Positions 5,154 to 13,041 of a stretch of DNA of 25,444 bases are shown piece by piece. Source of the stretch: a virus (lineage: Duplodnaviria > Caudoviricetes); the IMG/VR virus record IMGVR_UViG_3300049139_000049, positions 1 to 25,444 of that record. The stretch is one strand, 5' to 3'. The notes under the pieces are model-generated. The model had not been told where the DNA came from. It searched no databases and saw only the letters and a list, made by a program, of their open reading frames with translations. Both the position numbers and the translations under genes were made by a program. Every line of letters starts with the position of its first letter. Positions within the stretch are counted from its first letter, which is position 1.

Positions 5154-6703
5154 TGCAGACAGGTAATATCCCCAAACACGTCCCGCACCCCACTAGGTCA
5201 CTCGGCTATCAGGTCATCCGATGGGCTGAGGAAAAGATCCGGCAGCCTGACGGCAAAAATGCCGGTGGCCCCTGGAACTTCACCCCAGAACAGAAACGAT
5301 TCATTCTATGGTTTTATGCCATTGATGATGACGGCAAATGGCTGTACCGAACGGGCGCATTGCGCAGGTCCAAGGGATGGGGCAAGTCACCTTTCCTTGC
5401 CGCCCTCTGCATTATTGAGTTCGTCGGACCCTGTCGATTCTCTCATTTCGACAGGCGCGGCATGCCGGTTGCAACTCATGTCTCCGCTCCCTGGATTCAA
5501 CTAGCCGCTACCGCCATCCACCAGACTGTCAATACACTGGATTCCATTCGTGGAATGCTTGTTGAGTCGCCGCTCATATCTGAGAAGAACATTGATGTCG
5601 GTAAGACCATCATTCAATTCAAGGACGGCAGGCCTGGCAAGATTGAGCCGGTCACTTCCAATAGTGCTTCCCTTGAAGGCGGGCGACCAACTTTCGCCGT
5701 TCTTGATGAAACGCACCACTGGACAGAGTCGAATAGCGGCCACAAGGTGGCCAAGGTTATTGACCGTAACATCCGCAAGAACCCCGATGGCGAGGCTCGT
5801 TATGTAGAGTCCACTAACGCTTTTAATCCAGGCGAGGATTCCACCGCTCAAATCACGTTCAACGCCGCCATGATTGATGGCGCGAAGGACATTCTTTATG
5901 ACTGTGTAGAGGCTCCCGGGACTGTCACCATCAAGCACAGTGACGACCAGATCAGGGAAGCTCTCAAAATCTCCTATGGGGATTCTTCATGGGTGGATGT
6001 CAATTCCATCCTGGCAGCAATTAGGGACCCCCGTACACCTGAGCATGATTCGTACAGATTTTATTTCAACCAGATCAAGGAATCCATTGACAACTGGATT
6101 CCCTCTGAGGTTTGGGCGGAAAGGTCCGATGACCTATCACCCATCAAACCCGGAGATCAAATCGCTATTGGATTCGATGGTTCCCTATACGACGATACAA
6201 CGGCAATGATCGGCTGTCGCCTGACAGACGGAAAGCTTTTCGTCATTGGCGTATGGGACCCCGCCGACAATGGCGGAGAGGTTGACGTAGGAGCCGTTGA
6301 CGCGACCTTCCGCAACGCGATTAAGAAGTACCGTGTTGCTTGGGTATATGCCGACCCCTATTACTGGCAAGACATCATCGATAGATGGTCTATTGCCTTT
6401 GGCGACAAAATCGTATTCAAGTTCCCGACCAACCGTGTAAAGACAATGGTTGAAGCAGTGGAACGTTTCCACACTGCCACTGTAACCGGCCAACTCCTTC
6501 ATGACGGCGACAGGGTACTTGCGTGGCACGTTGGCAATTGTCTAAGGAAGGAAACCCCTCAGGGGTACATCCTCCGAAAGGACAAGCCTAAATCGAAAAA
6601 TAAGATCGATGCCGCTATCGCGGCCATTCTCGCATATGAAGCGAGGGGTGATGCAATCGCCGATGGCCGCATGAAAAGAAAGAGCCGCATCATGGGACTT
6701 TAG
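5153..6703 (+). CDS. terL: Terminase large subunit
   Basis: Walker A RRSKGWGKS, Walker B FAVLDETHHW, nuclease motifs IGFDGS and KIDAAIAAILA. Confidence 0.97.
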   Translation: MQTGNIPKHVPHPTRSLGYQVIRWAEEKIRQPDGKNAGGPWNFTPEQKRFILWFYAIDDDGKWLYRTGALRRSKGWGKSPFLAALCIIEFVGPCRFSHFDRRGMPVATHVSAPWIQLAATAIHQTVNTLDSIRGMLVESPLISEKNIDVGKTIIQFKDGRPGKIEPVTSNSASLEGGRPTFAVLDETHHWTESNSGHKVAKVIDRNIRKNPDGEARYVESTNAFNPGEDSTAQITFNAAMIDGAKDILYDCVEAPGTVTIKHSDDQIREALKISYGDSSWVDVNSILAAIRDPRTPEHDSYRFYFNQIKESIDNWIPSEVWAERSDDLSPIKPGDQIAIGFDGSLYDDTTAMIGCRLTDGKLFVIGVWDPADNGGEVDVGAVDATFRNAIKKYRVAWVYADPYYWQDIIDRWSIAFGDKIVFKFPTNRVKTMVEAVERFHTATVTGQLLHDGDRVLAWHVGNCLRKETPQGYILRKDKPKSKNKIDAAIAAILAYEARGDAIADGRMKRKSRIMGL

Positions 6704-6714
6704 AAAGGGGGTTC

Positions 6715-8160
6715 ATGTCATACGACCCAACCAGAGCGCCTGAGACGCCTACCGACTGGATGCATTATCTAGAAGGCAAGCTAGCTGTACAGCAGTCCCG
6801 AAACACCCACTACCAGACTTACTATGACTCGGATGAACGAGTCCTATCATTTGCACAGCAGAAATTCGCCGAGGAGTTCGGCGGTCTGTTCACTGAGTGG
6901 CGAGACAATTTCTGCCCTCTTGTAGTTGACCCCATTTCAGAGCGCTTGAACATTCGCGGTTTCAGAATGGGCGATAAGCCTGAAGCCGACAAGGACGCTC
7001 AAGAAATCTGGCAGAAGAATTTTCTTGATGCCGATTCAAATGCTGCACACATTGACGCTCTAGTCACTGGTAAGTCGTACCTTGCTGTGTGGGGCGACAA
7101 GGACGACAACCCGGTTATCTCTCCTGAAACATCGTCTGAGGTAGTGGTTCAGTACCGACCCGGCAGTCGCCGGGAAATCATGGCGGGCCTGAAAAAGTAT
7201 CGCGATGATTGGGGGACCGACCATTGCACCCTGTGGACTCCTGAGGGAATCCACACGTCCACTAGGGGCATGAATGGTGGTGAGTGGGACGCACCCGCTA
7301 GCGGCAAAAACCCGCTCGGTGTGGTGCCTCTCGTGGGCCTTGAGAACCGTGCGAGGCTTCGCCGGACACAGCCATACTCAGAGCTTCACCCAATTATTCC
7401 CCTCCAGAATGCCATTACCAAGATTGCCGCTGATGCGATCGTGGCATCTGAATTCGCCGCTTACCCGCAGCGAGTTCTAGCCGGTATTGAGATTCCAGTA
7501 GATGAGAATGGTAATGAGATCGCGCCTATTAAGGCGGCTGTCGATCGAATGATTCTTCTGGAAGACAGTAGCGCTAGATGGGGCCAGTTTGAAGCCGCCG
7601 ACCTGAGTAATTATGTTGGCCTTATCAATATGCTGGTCCAGCACATCAGCACTATTTCCCGTGTCCCACCGCATTATTTCCTGATCAATGGTGGACAGGC
7701 TCCCTCAGGGGAATCTATTCAGTCCGCAGAAGCCGGACTAGTGGCCAAGGCGCGAGAGCGTCAACTGCACTTTGGCGAGTCCTGGGAAGCCGCTATGCGT
7801 CTTGCATTCCTAGTCAAGGGCGACGCCCGAGCGGAAGCCTGGAATGCGGAAACGATTTGGGATGACCCCGAGCACCGTTCCGAGGGTGTTCGTGTGGACG
7901 CCTTGGTCAAGCTCAATCAGGGTCTTGGTGTTCCTCGAAAGCAGCTTTGGGAGGACTACGGATACACGCCTTCCCAGATTGAGCGCTTTGAGGAGCTTAT
8001 CGAGGAGGAGCAAAAGCAGGTCATCGCCGAACAGCGAGCATTAGCGGTCGTAACGGGCGCTGAGGGCGGTTCGGCTCCAGCCGGAAACGGCACTAAGGCG
8101 AAGTCGTCCCCGGGCAACGCCGAAAATAATGCCCGGAAGACAAACGAACAAAAGAAGTAA
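6715..8160 (+). CDS. Portal protein (SPP1 gp6-like)
   Basis: 481 aa directly after terL; NFCPLVVDPISERL, NPLGVVPLV, EFAAYPQR, PSGESIQSAEAGLVAK, FGESWE. Confidence 0.95.
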   Translation: MSYDPTRAPETPTDWMHYLEGKLAVQQSRNTHYQTYYDSDERVLSFAQQKFAEEFGGLFTEWRDNFCPLVVDPISERLNIRGFRMGDKPEADKDAQEIWQKNFLDADSNAAHIDALVTGKSYLAVWGDKDDNPVISPETSSEVVVQYRPGSRREIMAGLKKYRDDWGTDHCTLWTPEGIHTSTRGMNGGEWDAPASGKNPLGVVPLVGLENRARLRRTQPYSELHPIIPLQNAITKIAADAIVASEFAAYPQRVLAGIEIPVDENGNEIAPIKAAVDRMILLEDSSARWGQFEAADLSNYVGLINMLVQHISTISRVPPHYFLINGGQAPSGESIQSAEAGLVAKARERQLHFGESWEAAMRLAFLVKGDARAEAWNAETIWDDPEHRSEGVRVDALVKLNQGLGVPRKQLWEDYGYTPSQIERFEELIEEEQKQVIAEQRALAVVTGAEGGSAPAGNGTKAKSSPGNAENNARKTNEQKK

Positions 8161-8177
8161 CTACTAGTTTCAAGACG

Positions 8178-8219
8178 GGCCGCCGAAATGGGGGCCTTTT
8201 TTGTTGCGCCGAAATGGGG
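8178..8219 (+). promoter_or_regulatory. Terminator-like hairpin plus a duplicated 13-mer (CGCCGAAATGGGG) in the scaffold gene leader
   Basis: GGCCGCC-GAAAT-GGGGGCC followed by T6 (8178-8202). The 13-mer occurs at 8181-8193 and 8207-8219. Confidence 0.6.
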
Positions 8220-8225
8220 TTTCAA

Positions 8226-8831
8226 ATGTCTGACAACCAGAACCAGAATGGTCCTGTCGCTGATCCGGTTAAGAATGATGCGCCGGTCAACGGTCCTAAG
8301 GACAATGATGCAGCTAACGGCGGTGCTGATCAGGCCGCCGATTCTGAGGCCAATAAGTGGAAGGCTCTTTCTCGCAAGAACGAGACGGAGCTAGAGAGGG
8401 TCCGCAAGGAGCTTGAGCAGTACAAGACTGCGTCGATGTCCGACGCCGAAAAGGCGATTGAGGCAGCCAAGGAAGAGGGGCGAAAGGCCGCTCTTTCCGA
8501 GGTAGGCACCAAGCTGGCTGAGGCCGAAATCAGGTCCGTAGCGGCCAATTCGGGGCGAAAGGTTCCGGATGGGCTGAGCGAGTATCTGAATCTCTCCGCT
8601 TTTGTCGGTGATGACGGCAATCCCAATTCCGATGCCATCACCGCTTTTATCACTTCTCTGCCCGAGGCTCAGGTTCCTCCGAGGTTCCCCCAGAACACGG
8701 GACTTGGCCCACAGGGAAATACGTCCACGCCCCAGCTTACACGGGCTGACATGGCGCGGATGACTCCTCAGGAGATTGTCAAGGCCCGACAGGAAGGCCG
8801 GTTTAACAATCTCCTGAATGGAACCACTTAA
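8226..8831 (+). CDS. Capsid scaffolding protein
   Basis: Low-complexity N-terminus, KWKALSRKNE, coiled coil SMSDAEKAIEAAKEEG, C-terminal QLTRADMARMTPQEIVKARQEGRFNNLL. Lies between portal and capsid genes. Confidence 0.9.
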   Translation: MSDNQNQNGPVADPVKNDAPVNGPKDNDAANGGADQAADSEANKWKALSRKNETELERVRKELEQYKTASMSDAEKAIEAAKEEGRKAALSEVGTKLAEAEIRSVAANSGRKVPDGLSEYLNLSAFVGDDGNPNSDAITAFITSLPEAQVPPRFPQNTGLGPQGNTSTPQLTRADMARMTPQEIVKARQEGRFNNLLNGTT

Positions 8832-8842
8832 GGAGATAATTA

Positions 8843-9883
8843 ATGGTATTTACCGATCAGGGTAATGGCACCCAGATTCAGACTGGCAATACTTTCTTCC
8901 AGTCTGCCGACAATAACACTCTTGGGACTTTCATTCCCGAGATTTGGTCTAGTCAGCTTTTTGTTGATCTTGAGTCGGCGCTAGTACTTTCCGGCGGCAT
9001 GATTTCTAACCGCCAGTATGAGGGCGAGATTCGCCAGCACGGCGACACCGTGCGTATTCCGCACTTCCTTGACAAGGCGTCTGTCGGCACCGGCTATGAC
9101 CCTTACAGCGAGATCGGTGAGGCGAATCGGGCTGAGTCTGACAGTCTTCTGATTCGCATTGATCAGGCCCGTACTCTGCATTTTGAGGTGGACGACCTTC
9201 ACCAGCTCCAGACTCAGGCCGGTATGAACCTCATGCAGAATCTCACTCAGACGCACGCCCGTGCTCTGGCTGAAAGCATGGATCGACATGTTGCCTCTAC
9301 GGTCAAGGCAGCTATTAACGGGCTTGACCATAATTTCGCTGACGGCACCCTCCACGGATCTGTTGCACAGCTAACGCCGCCCGCCGATGGAACCGCTATT
9401 TACACCAAGGTCATCGAGGCCCGAACGATTCTCGACATTAACAATGTCCCGGTCGATGGTCGCTATCTTCTGCTAGGCCCTGCCGAGTATGCGAAGATCC
9501 TGCTTGACCCGAACTTTATTGACGCCTCTAAGTACGGCGCTGGTTCTGTCCTGGTTAATGGCGAAGTTGGGCGTATCGCCGGTATGACTGTGGTTCTTTC
9601 CAACACCATTGGTAGCCACCTGACTGATGCTCAGTACTCGTCCCTTCCTGGTGTCGCTGGCGCTTATGGCGTCCGTGCTCAGAACTCCGGTGGGGAGAAC
9701 ATCCACATGATCGTTGGCCACTCTATGGCCCTTTCCACCATCGGCTCTCTGACCAAGCTAGAAGCTTACCGTCCCGAAAAGAAGTTCACGAATGCCGTTA
9801 AGGGCCTCTACGTGTTCGGTAGCAAGCTAATGCGCCCTGAGGCCATGGTCGTTGTGGGCGAAGTCCCCGCCCCCACCCCCTAA
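8843..9883 (+). CDS. Major capsid protein (P22-coat/N4-gp56-like HK97 fold)
   Basis: FIPEIWS, NRQYEGEIRQHGDTVRIP, NNVPVDGRYLLL, NGEVGRIAGM, EAYRPEKKFTNAVKGLYVFGSKLMRPE. RBS AAGGAG. Confidence 0.95.
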   Translation: MVFTDQGNGTQIQTGNTFFQSADNNTLGTFIPEIWSSQLFVDLESALVLSGGMISNRQYEGEIRQHGDTVRIPHFLDKASVGTGYDPYSEIGEANRAESDSLLIRIDQARTLHFEVDDLHQLQTQAGMNLMQNLTQTHARALAESMDRHVASTVKAAINGLDHNFADGTLHGSVAQLTPPADGTAIYTKVIEARTILDINNVPVDGRYLLLGPAEYAKILLDPNFIDASKYGAGSVLVNGEVGRIAGMTVVLSNTIGSHLTDAQYSSLPGVAGAYGVRAQNSGGENIHMIVGHSMALSTIGSLTKLEAYRPEKKFTNAVKGLYVFGSKLMRPEAMVVVGEVPAPTP

Positions 9884-9902
9884 TGATTAGGAAGGGGTGG
9901 GC

Positions 9903-10124
9903 ATGGCAACCACTCAGCAGCTAACCGTAACGGTTACTAATTCTGACTCTTCAACTCAGGACGTTACCCAAGTCGCGGTTTATGAGTCGGATAACACAAC
10001 TGTTGCAACTGTCGATGTTTCAGGTCTCGTTACTGCCGTTGCGGCGGGCAGCGCTAATGTCACTGCCACCTACGAGGGCTTTAGTGACGTGTGCTCCGTC
10101 ACTGTAGTTGACGATGGGGTGTAG
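9903..10124 (+). CDS. Stand-alone Ig-like (Big_2) domain protein, probable capsid decoration
   Basis: QQLTVTVT...DVT...YESDNTTVATVDVSGLVTAVAAGSANVTATY...CSVTV is the Big_2 signature. RBS AGGAAGGGG at 9889-9897. Confidence 0.88.
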   Translation: MATTQQLTVTVTNSDSSTQDVTQVAVYESDNTTVATVDVSGLVTAVAAGSANVTATYEGFSDVCSVTVVDDGV

Positions 10125-10126
10125 TC

Positions 10127-10486
10127 ATGGCCCTTGCCACAGTGGATGAATTCAAGGACCGACTAGGACGGACCCTAGACGCTGATGAGGAACGACGGGC
10201 ACAGGCCATCATTGACGATGTTTCTGCGCTTGTCGTCTCTTATTGCAAAAGGACGTTCGGAGATCCACCCCCGGCCGACGTAAGGGCCGTGGTGCTTTCC
10301 GAGTCGATTAGCGCTTTCAACACGGTGCCTGGCATTCGAAGTGAAAATATTGGCGATGTCCAGGTCTCATACTCCTATTCAACGGGGTCTGGTTCTCTTT
10401 CTTCGTCTTCCAGAACTGCCCTTAATTATTACAGGGTGAAGTTCGCGACTATTCGCATGACGACTGTTGAGGATGGGTCCGTATGA
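10127..10486 (+). CDS. Head-to-tail adaptor
   Basis: MALATVDEFKDRLGRTL...RAQAIIDDVSALV...SENIGDVQVSY; position after the capsid genes. Confidence 0.85.
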   Translation: MALATVDEFKDRLGRTLDADEERRAQAIIDDVSALVVSYCKRTFGDPPPADVRAVVLSESISAFNTVPGIRSENIGDVQVSYSYSTGSGSLSSSSRTALNYYRVKFATIRMTTVEDGSV

Positions 10487-10803
10487 TTTTCAATCGGATT
10501 GTCACAGCGTTAAGGGCACCTCTTGTAGAAACCGCATATGGCAAAAAGCGGGACTGGGACCATGCGGAATCGGTCTATTCAGGTCCGGCCTCCCTACAGT
10601 ACCGATCCACAGATGACATTAGGCCGATCGATGATGAAGCCGCCCTAGAAAGGGCGACACTTTACATGCATCACGGCGATTTTCAAAAAGAGGATCGGGT
10701 TGAAGTAGACGGCAATGTCTGGGAGATCGAAGGCATCCCCTTTTCCCGAAGCCTATTCCGAGTCCGATACACCAAGGTATACGTGAGGAGGGTGATCTCA
10801 TAG
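10483..10803 (+). CDS. Head-to-tail stopper (head closure)
   Basis: RAPLVETAYG..RDW, DRVEVDGNVWEIEGIP; ATGA overlap with the adaptor gene. Confidence 0.82.
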   Translation: MIFNRIVTALRAPLVETAYGKKRDWDHAESVYSGPASLQYRSTDDIRPIDDEAALERATLYMHHGDFQKEDRVEVDGNVWEIEGIPFSRSLFRVRYTKVYVRRVIS

Positions 10804-11201
10804 ATTTCAAAATTGACGGGGCCGCCCTCTGGCGATCCGCCCAAACCCCCGAAATGGTTGCTGAAGTTCAGCGCATCACGGGAAATGTTGACAAGGAAGT
10901 CAGGCGCACAGCGCCCCGTACCCGAGGAAATGCCTACCGGGACAACGTCAAAGCTTACATCCAGTCCGATAAGTCGGAAGGGATTAGGGGCCTAGTCGTG
11001 GCTTCCAGGCACGAAATGGTCATTGAATTCGGATGGACTGACCTCGCCGGTAGGTGGCACCCGGGCCAATACATCATGTCGAACGCTCTCAGAAAGCAGG
11101 CGACTGGGAGAGCGGGGACGGGTGCCGTTGAGCCTAAGCCCGGTAATCGCAGCCTCACCCGAGGGGCTACGGGACGTGGCAGATATACCGGGAGGCCCTG
11201 A
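10800..11201 (+). CDS. HK97 gp10-like neck / tail-completion protein; probable ATA start at 10800 (first ATG at 10854)
   Basis: APRTRGNAYRD, VIEFGW...HPGQYIMSNAL motifs. RBS GAGGAGG at 10785-10791 is 8 nt before an in-frame ATA. Confidence 0.75.
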   Translation: MDFKIDGAALWRSAQTPEMVAEVQRITGNVDKEVRRTAPRTRGNAYRDNVKAYIQSDKSEGIRGLVVASRHEMVIEFGWTDLAGRWHPGQYIMSNALRKQATGRAGTGAVEPKPGNRSLTRGATGRGRYTGRP

Positions 11202-11203
11202 CT

Positions 11204-11578
11204 ATGCGAGATCCAATCCTGGTCGCCTCTGACGCTCTGAGAGCGTCTGTCAGCGCTCCAGTCAGGGCTACCCGAGTGGGTCACCAGGTAGGCGATCCTC
11301 TTGCGCTCATCGCCCTTTCAGGGATGGACAGAGTCGTCAGTAACCGACTTGAAGCCGCCGATTACACCGCGCATTGCTACGGGCCTGACAAAGAGCAGGC
11401 CCTAGCACTGGCCATGGAAGTCAGAGAGTCCATTCTCAATGTTGATCTGCACGCCGTTGCTGGCGTGGTCATCACCGATTCCTATGCCTCTGGCCCCAAT
11501 GATCTTCCGGATGAGGACTCGGGAGAACAGCGATTCATTATCAATTTCACTTTATTCTACTACGAGAACGGAGGATAG
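11204..11578 (+). CDS. Tail terminator protein
   Basis: Immediately before the major tail gene; CYGPDKEQALALAMEVR, SGPNDLPDEDSGEQRF. Confidence 0.8.
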   Translation: MRDPILVASDALRASVSAPVRATRVGHQVGDPLALIALSGMDRVVSNRLEAADYTAHCYGPDKEQALALAMEVRESILNVDLHAVAGVVITDSYASGPNDLPDEDSGEQRFIINFTLFYYENGG

Positions 11579-11581
11579 ACA

Positions 11582-12205
11582 TTGGCGAATAATCAGAATG
11601 CCGATGCTATTCGGTTTGCTCCCAAAGCAACAATTTATTTTGCACCTAAGGGCACTGACGTAAGCGGGCTTCTAGGTGACGTCATGGCCGTCATCCCAAA
11701 CACTTTTACGGCGATGGGTTACACGGCTGAAGATGGCATTGAGCTAACTCCTTCCGTCGAGACCAATCCGGTTAACGTGCATCAGAGCGCTACGCCGGTC
11801 AAGTTTGTTGTTGCGTCTGCTAGTGCGACTCTTGCATTTACGATGATGCAGTTTGATGACAATACCGTTCCGGTCTATTTCGGTACGGATTTTACGGAGG
11901 GTACGGACGGGACTATGGTCCTCGATCTCAGCTCGACTCCGGATCTTGCAGAGAACGCAGTCATTGTTGAATGGGGCGATTACAAGGAGACCCCGGCGGC
12001 CATTGAAGGTGATCCGGCCACGCTTGATAGTGGCACTAAGTCCCGGCTGGTCATGTCTCGCGGAATGCTCTCGGAGCGCCAGGCGATTTCGCTTACCAAG
12101 ACCGACGCCAGCCAGCTCGGCGTGACCATTCAGGCGCTAGACGACAATGGCAGCCTTGGAAAGGTCCTCATGAAGTCCGCCACGGAAGTGACCCCTTCTC
12201 CCTAA
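11582..12205 (+). CDS. Major tail (tube) protein
   Basis: IRFAPKATIYFAPKGT, MGYTAEDGIELTPSVET, LAFTMMQ, LGVTIQAL. TTG start with RBS GGAGG. Confidence 0.9.
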   Translation: MANNQNADAIRFAPKATIYFAPKGTDVSGLLGDVMAVIPNTFTAMGYTAEDGIELTPSVETNPVNVHQSATPVKFVVASASATLAFTMMQFDDNTVPVYFGTDFTEGTDGTMVLDLSSTPDLAENAVIVEWGDYKETPAAIEGDPATLDSGTKSRLVMSRGMLSERQAISLTKTDASQLGVTIQALDDNGSLGKVLMKSATEVTPSP

Positions 12206-12292
12206 CGGTGTCGCCTTCAACAGTCGAGCTTACCATTTGAGCTAAGCGGCATCGTTACCTAATCAACATCTAACGCGAAAAGGATTTCATAT

Positions 12293-12598
12293 ATGGCTAC
12301 TAAGACCGCGACTAAGAGCACCAGTAAGACCACGGCCAAGTCTCAGGAAACTGAGGCTGTCGAGGAGGCCCGCACGGTCGAGTACAAGGGAAACACCTAT
12401 ACCGTTCCTAGCGCCCTAGATCTCCCGTGGGACTTTCTTGATGCGGTTCGCAGTCAGAACGAATCTGCGATCCTGGCGGGTGCCCTAGGAGAGGATCAGC
12501 TAGCCGATTGGAGGAAGACTAAGCCTACCATTCGCGAGGGTCTAGACTTTCTTAATGACGTTCTAGAGGCGATCGGATTTGATGATCTGGGAAACTAA
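12293..12598 (+). CDS. Tail assembly chaperone (gpG-like)
   Basis: Between major tail and tape measure genes; ends ...DLGN* over the slippery heptamer GGGAAAC. Confidence 0.9.
   Translation: MATKTATKSTSKTTAKSQETEAVEEARTVEYKGNTYTVPSALDLPWDFLDAVRSQNESAILAGALGEDQLADWRKTKPTIREGLDFLNDVLEAIGFDDLGN
12589..12595 (+). other. Programmed -1 ribosomal frameshift site G GGA AAC
   Basis: X XXY YYZ heptamer in phase just before the stop. The -1 frame is open (AAA CTA AAG GTC ACG GCT TAT TTG) into ORF 12613-13029. Confidence 0.9.
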
Positions 12599-13029
12599 AG
12601 GTCACGGCTTATTTGCTTCACCACTACCCGGGTGAAATTGAGGCCGATCTACTCGACATATTTCACGTTGACATTTTGGACATGTACCGTGGCAGCCTGA
12701 GTATCAGGCGGGTGCATGTCCTGGTGCATCGCCTTCTAAATATGCCTGGTAGGTCGGCCCTTTGTGGTGCCGTGAATGAGTCGGCTGAATGGGAGACGAG
12801 TGAACATCTCCTAGCCGCCCTGATCGATGAATTGGCCCTATCCAACTACATGTTCCAGAAGGTCAATTTCAAGGCGGAGCCTAATGTTCCCCAACCTGTG
12901 AAGAGACCGGGATCAGATAAGGAAAAGGACAAGGGGAGCACGACCAAGCCTAGGAACCTTAAACCGCAACTCAAGGAATTCGCCTCTCCCCAAAAGGTCG
13001 CGTCTGTTTTCGCGTCACTACAGTTTTAG
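12592..13029 (+). CDS. Tail assembly chaperone frameshift extension (gpT part of gpGT)
   Basis: EIEADLLDIFHVDILDMYRGSLSIRRVHVLV, W...EHLLAALID, PQPVKRPG. No clear RBS of its own; it is in the -1 frame of the upstream gene. Confidence 0.87.
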   Translation, partial: KLKVTAYLLHHYPGEIEADLLDIFHVDILDMYRGSLSIRRVHVLVHRLLNMPGRSALCGAVNESAEWETSEHLLAALIDELALSNYMFQKVNFKAEPNVPQPVKRPGSDKEKDKGSTTKPRNLKPQLKEFASPQKVASVFASLQF

Positions 13030-13041
13030 GAAGGAGGGGAA

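Noticed and set aside
8160-8843. Absence of a capsid maturation protease or MuF gene as a sign of a defective prophage
   Set aside because: Scaffold plus P22-like coat assembly needs no protease, and no broken genes were seen in the head or tail modules.
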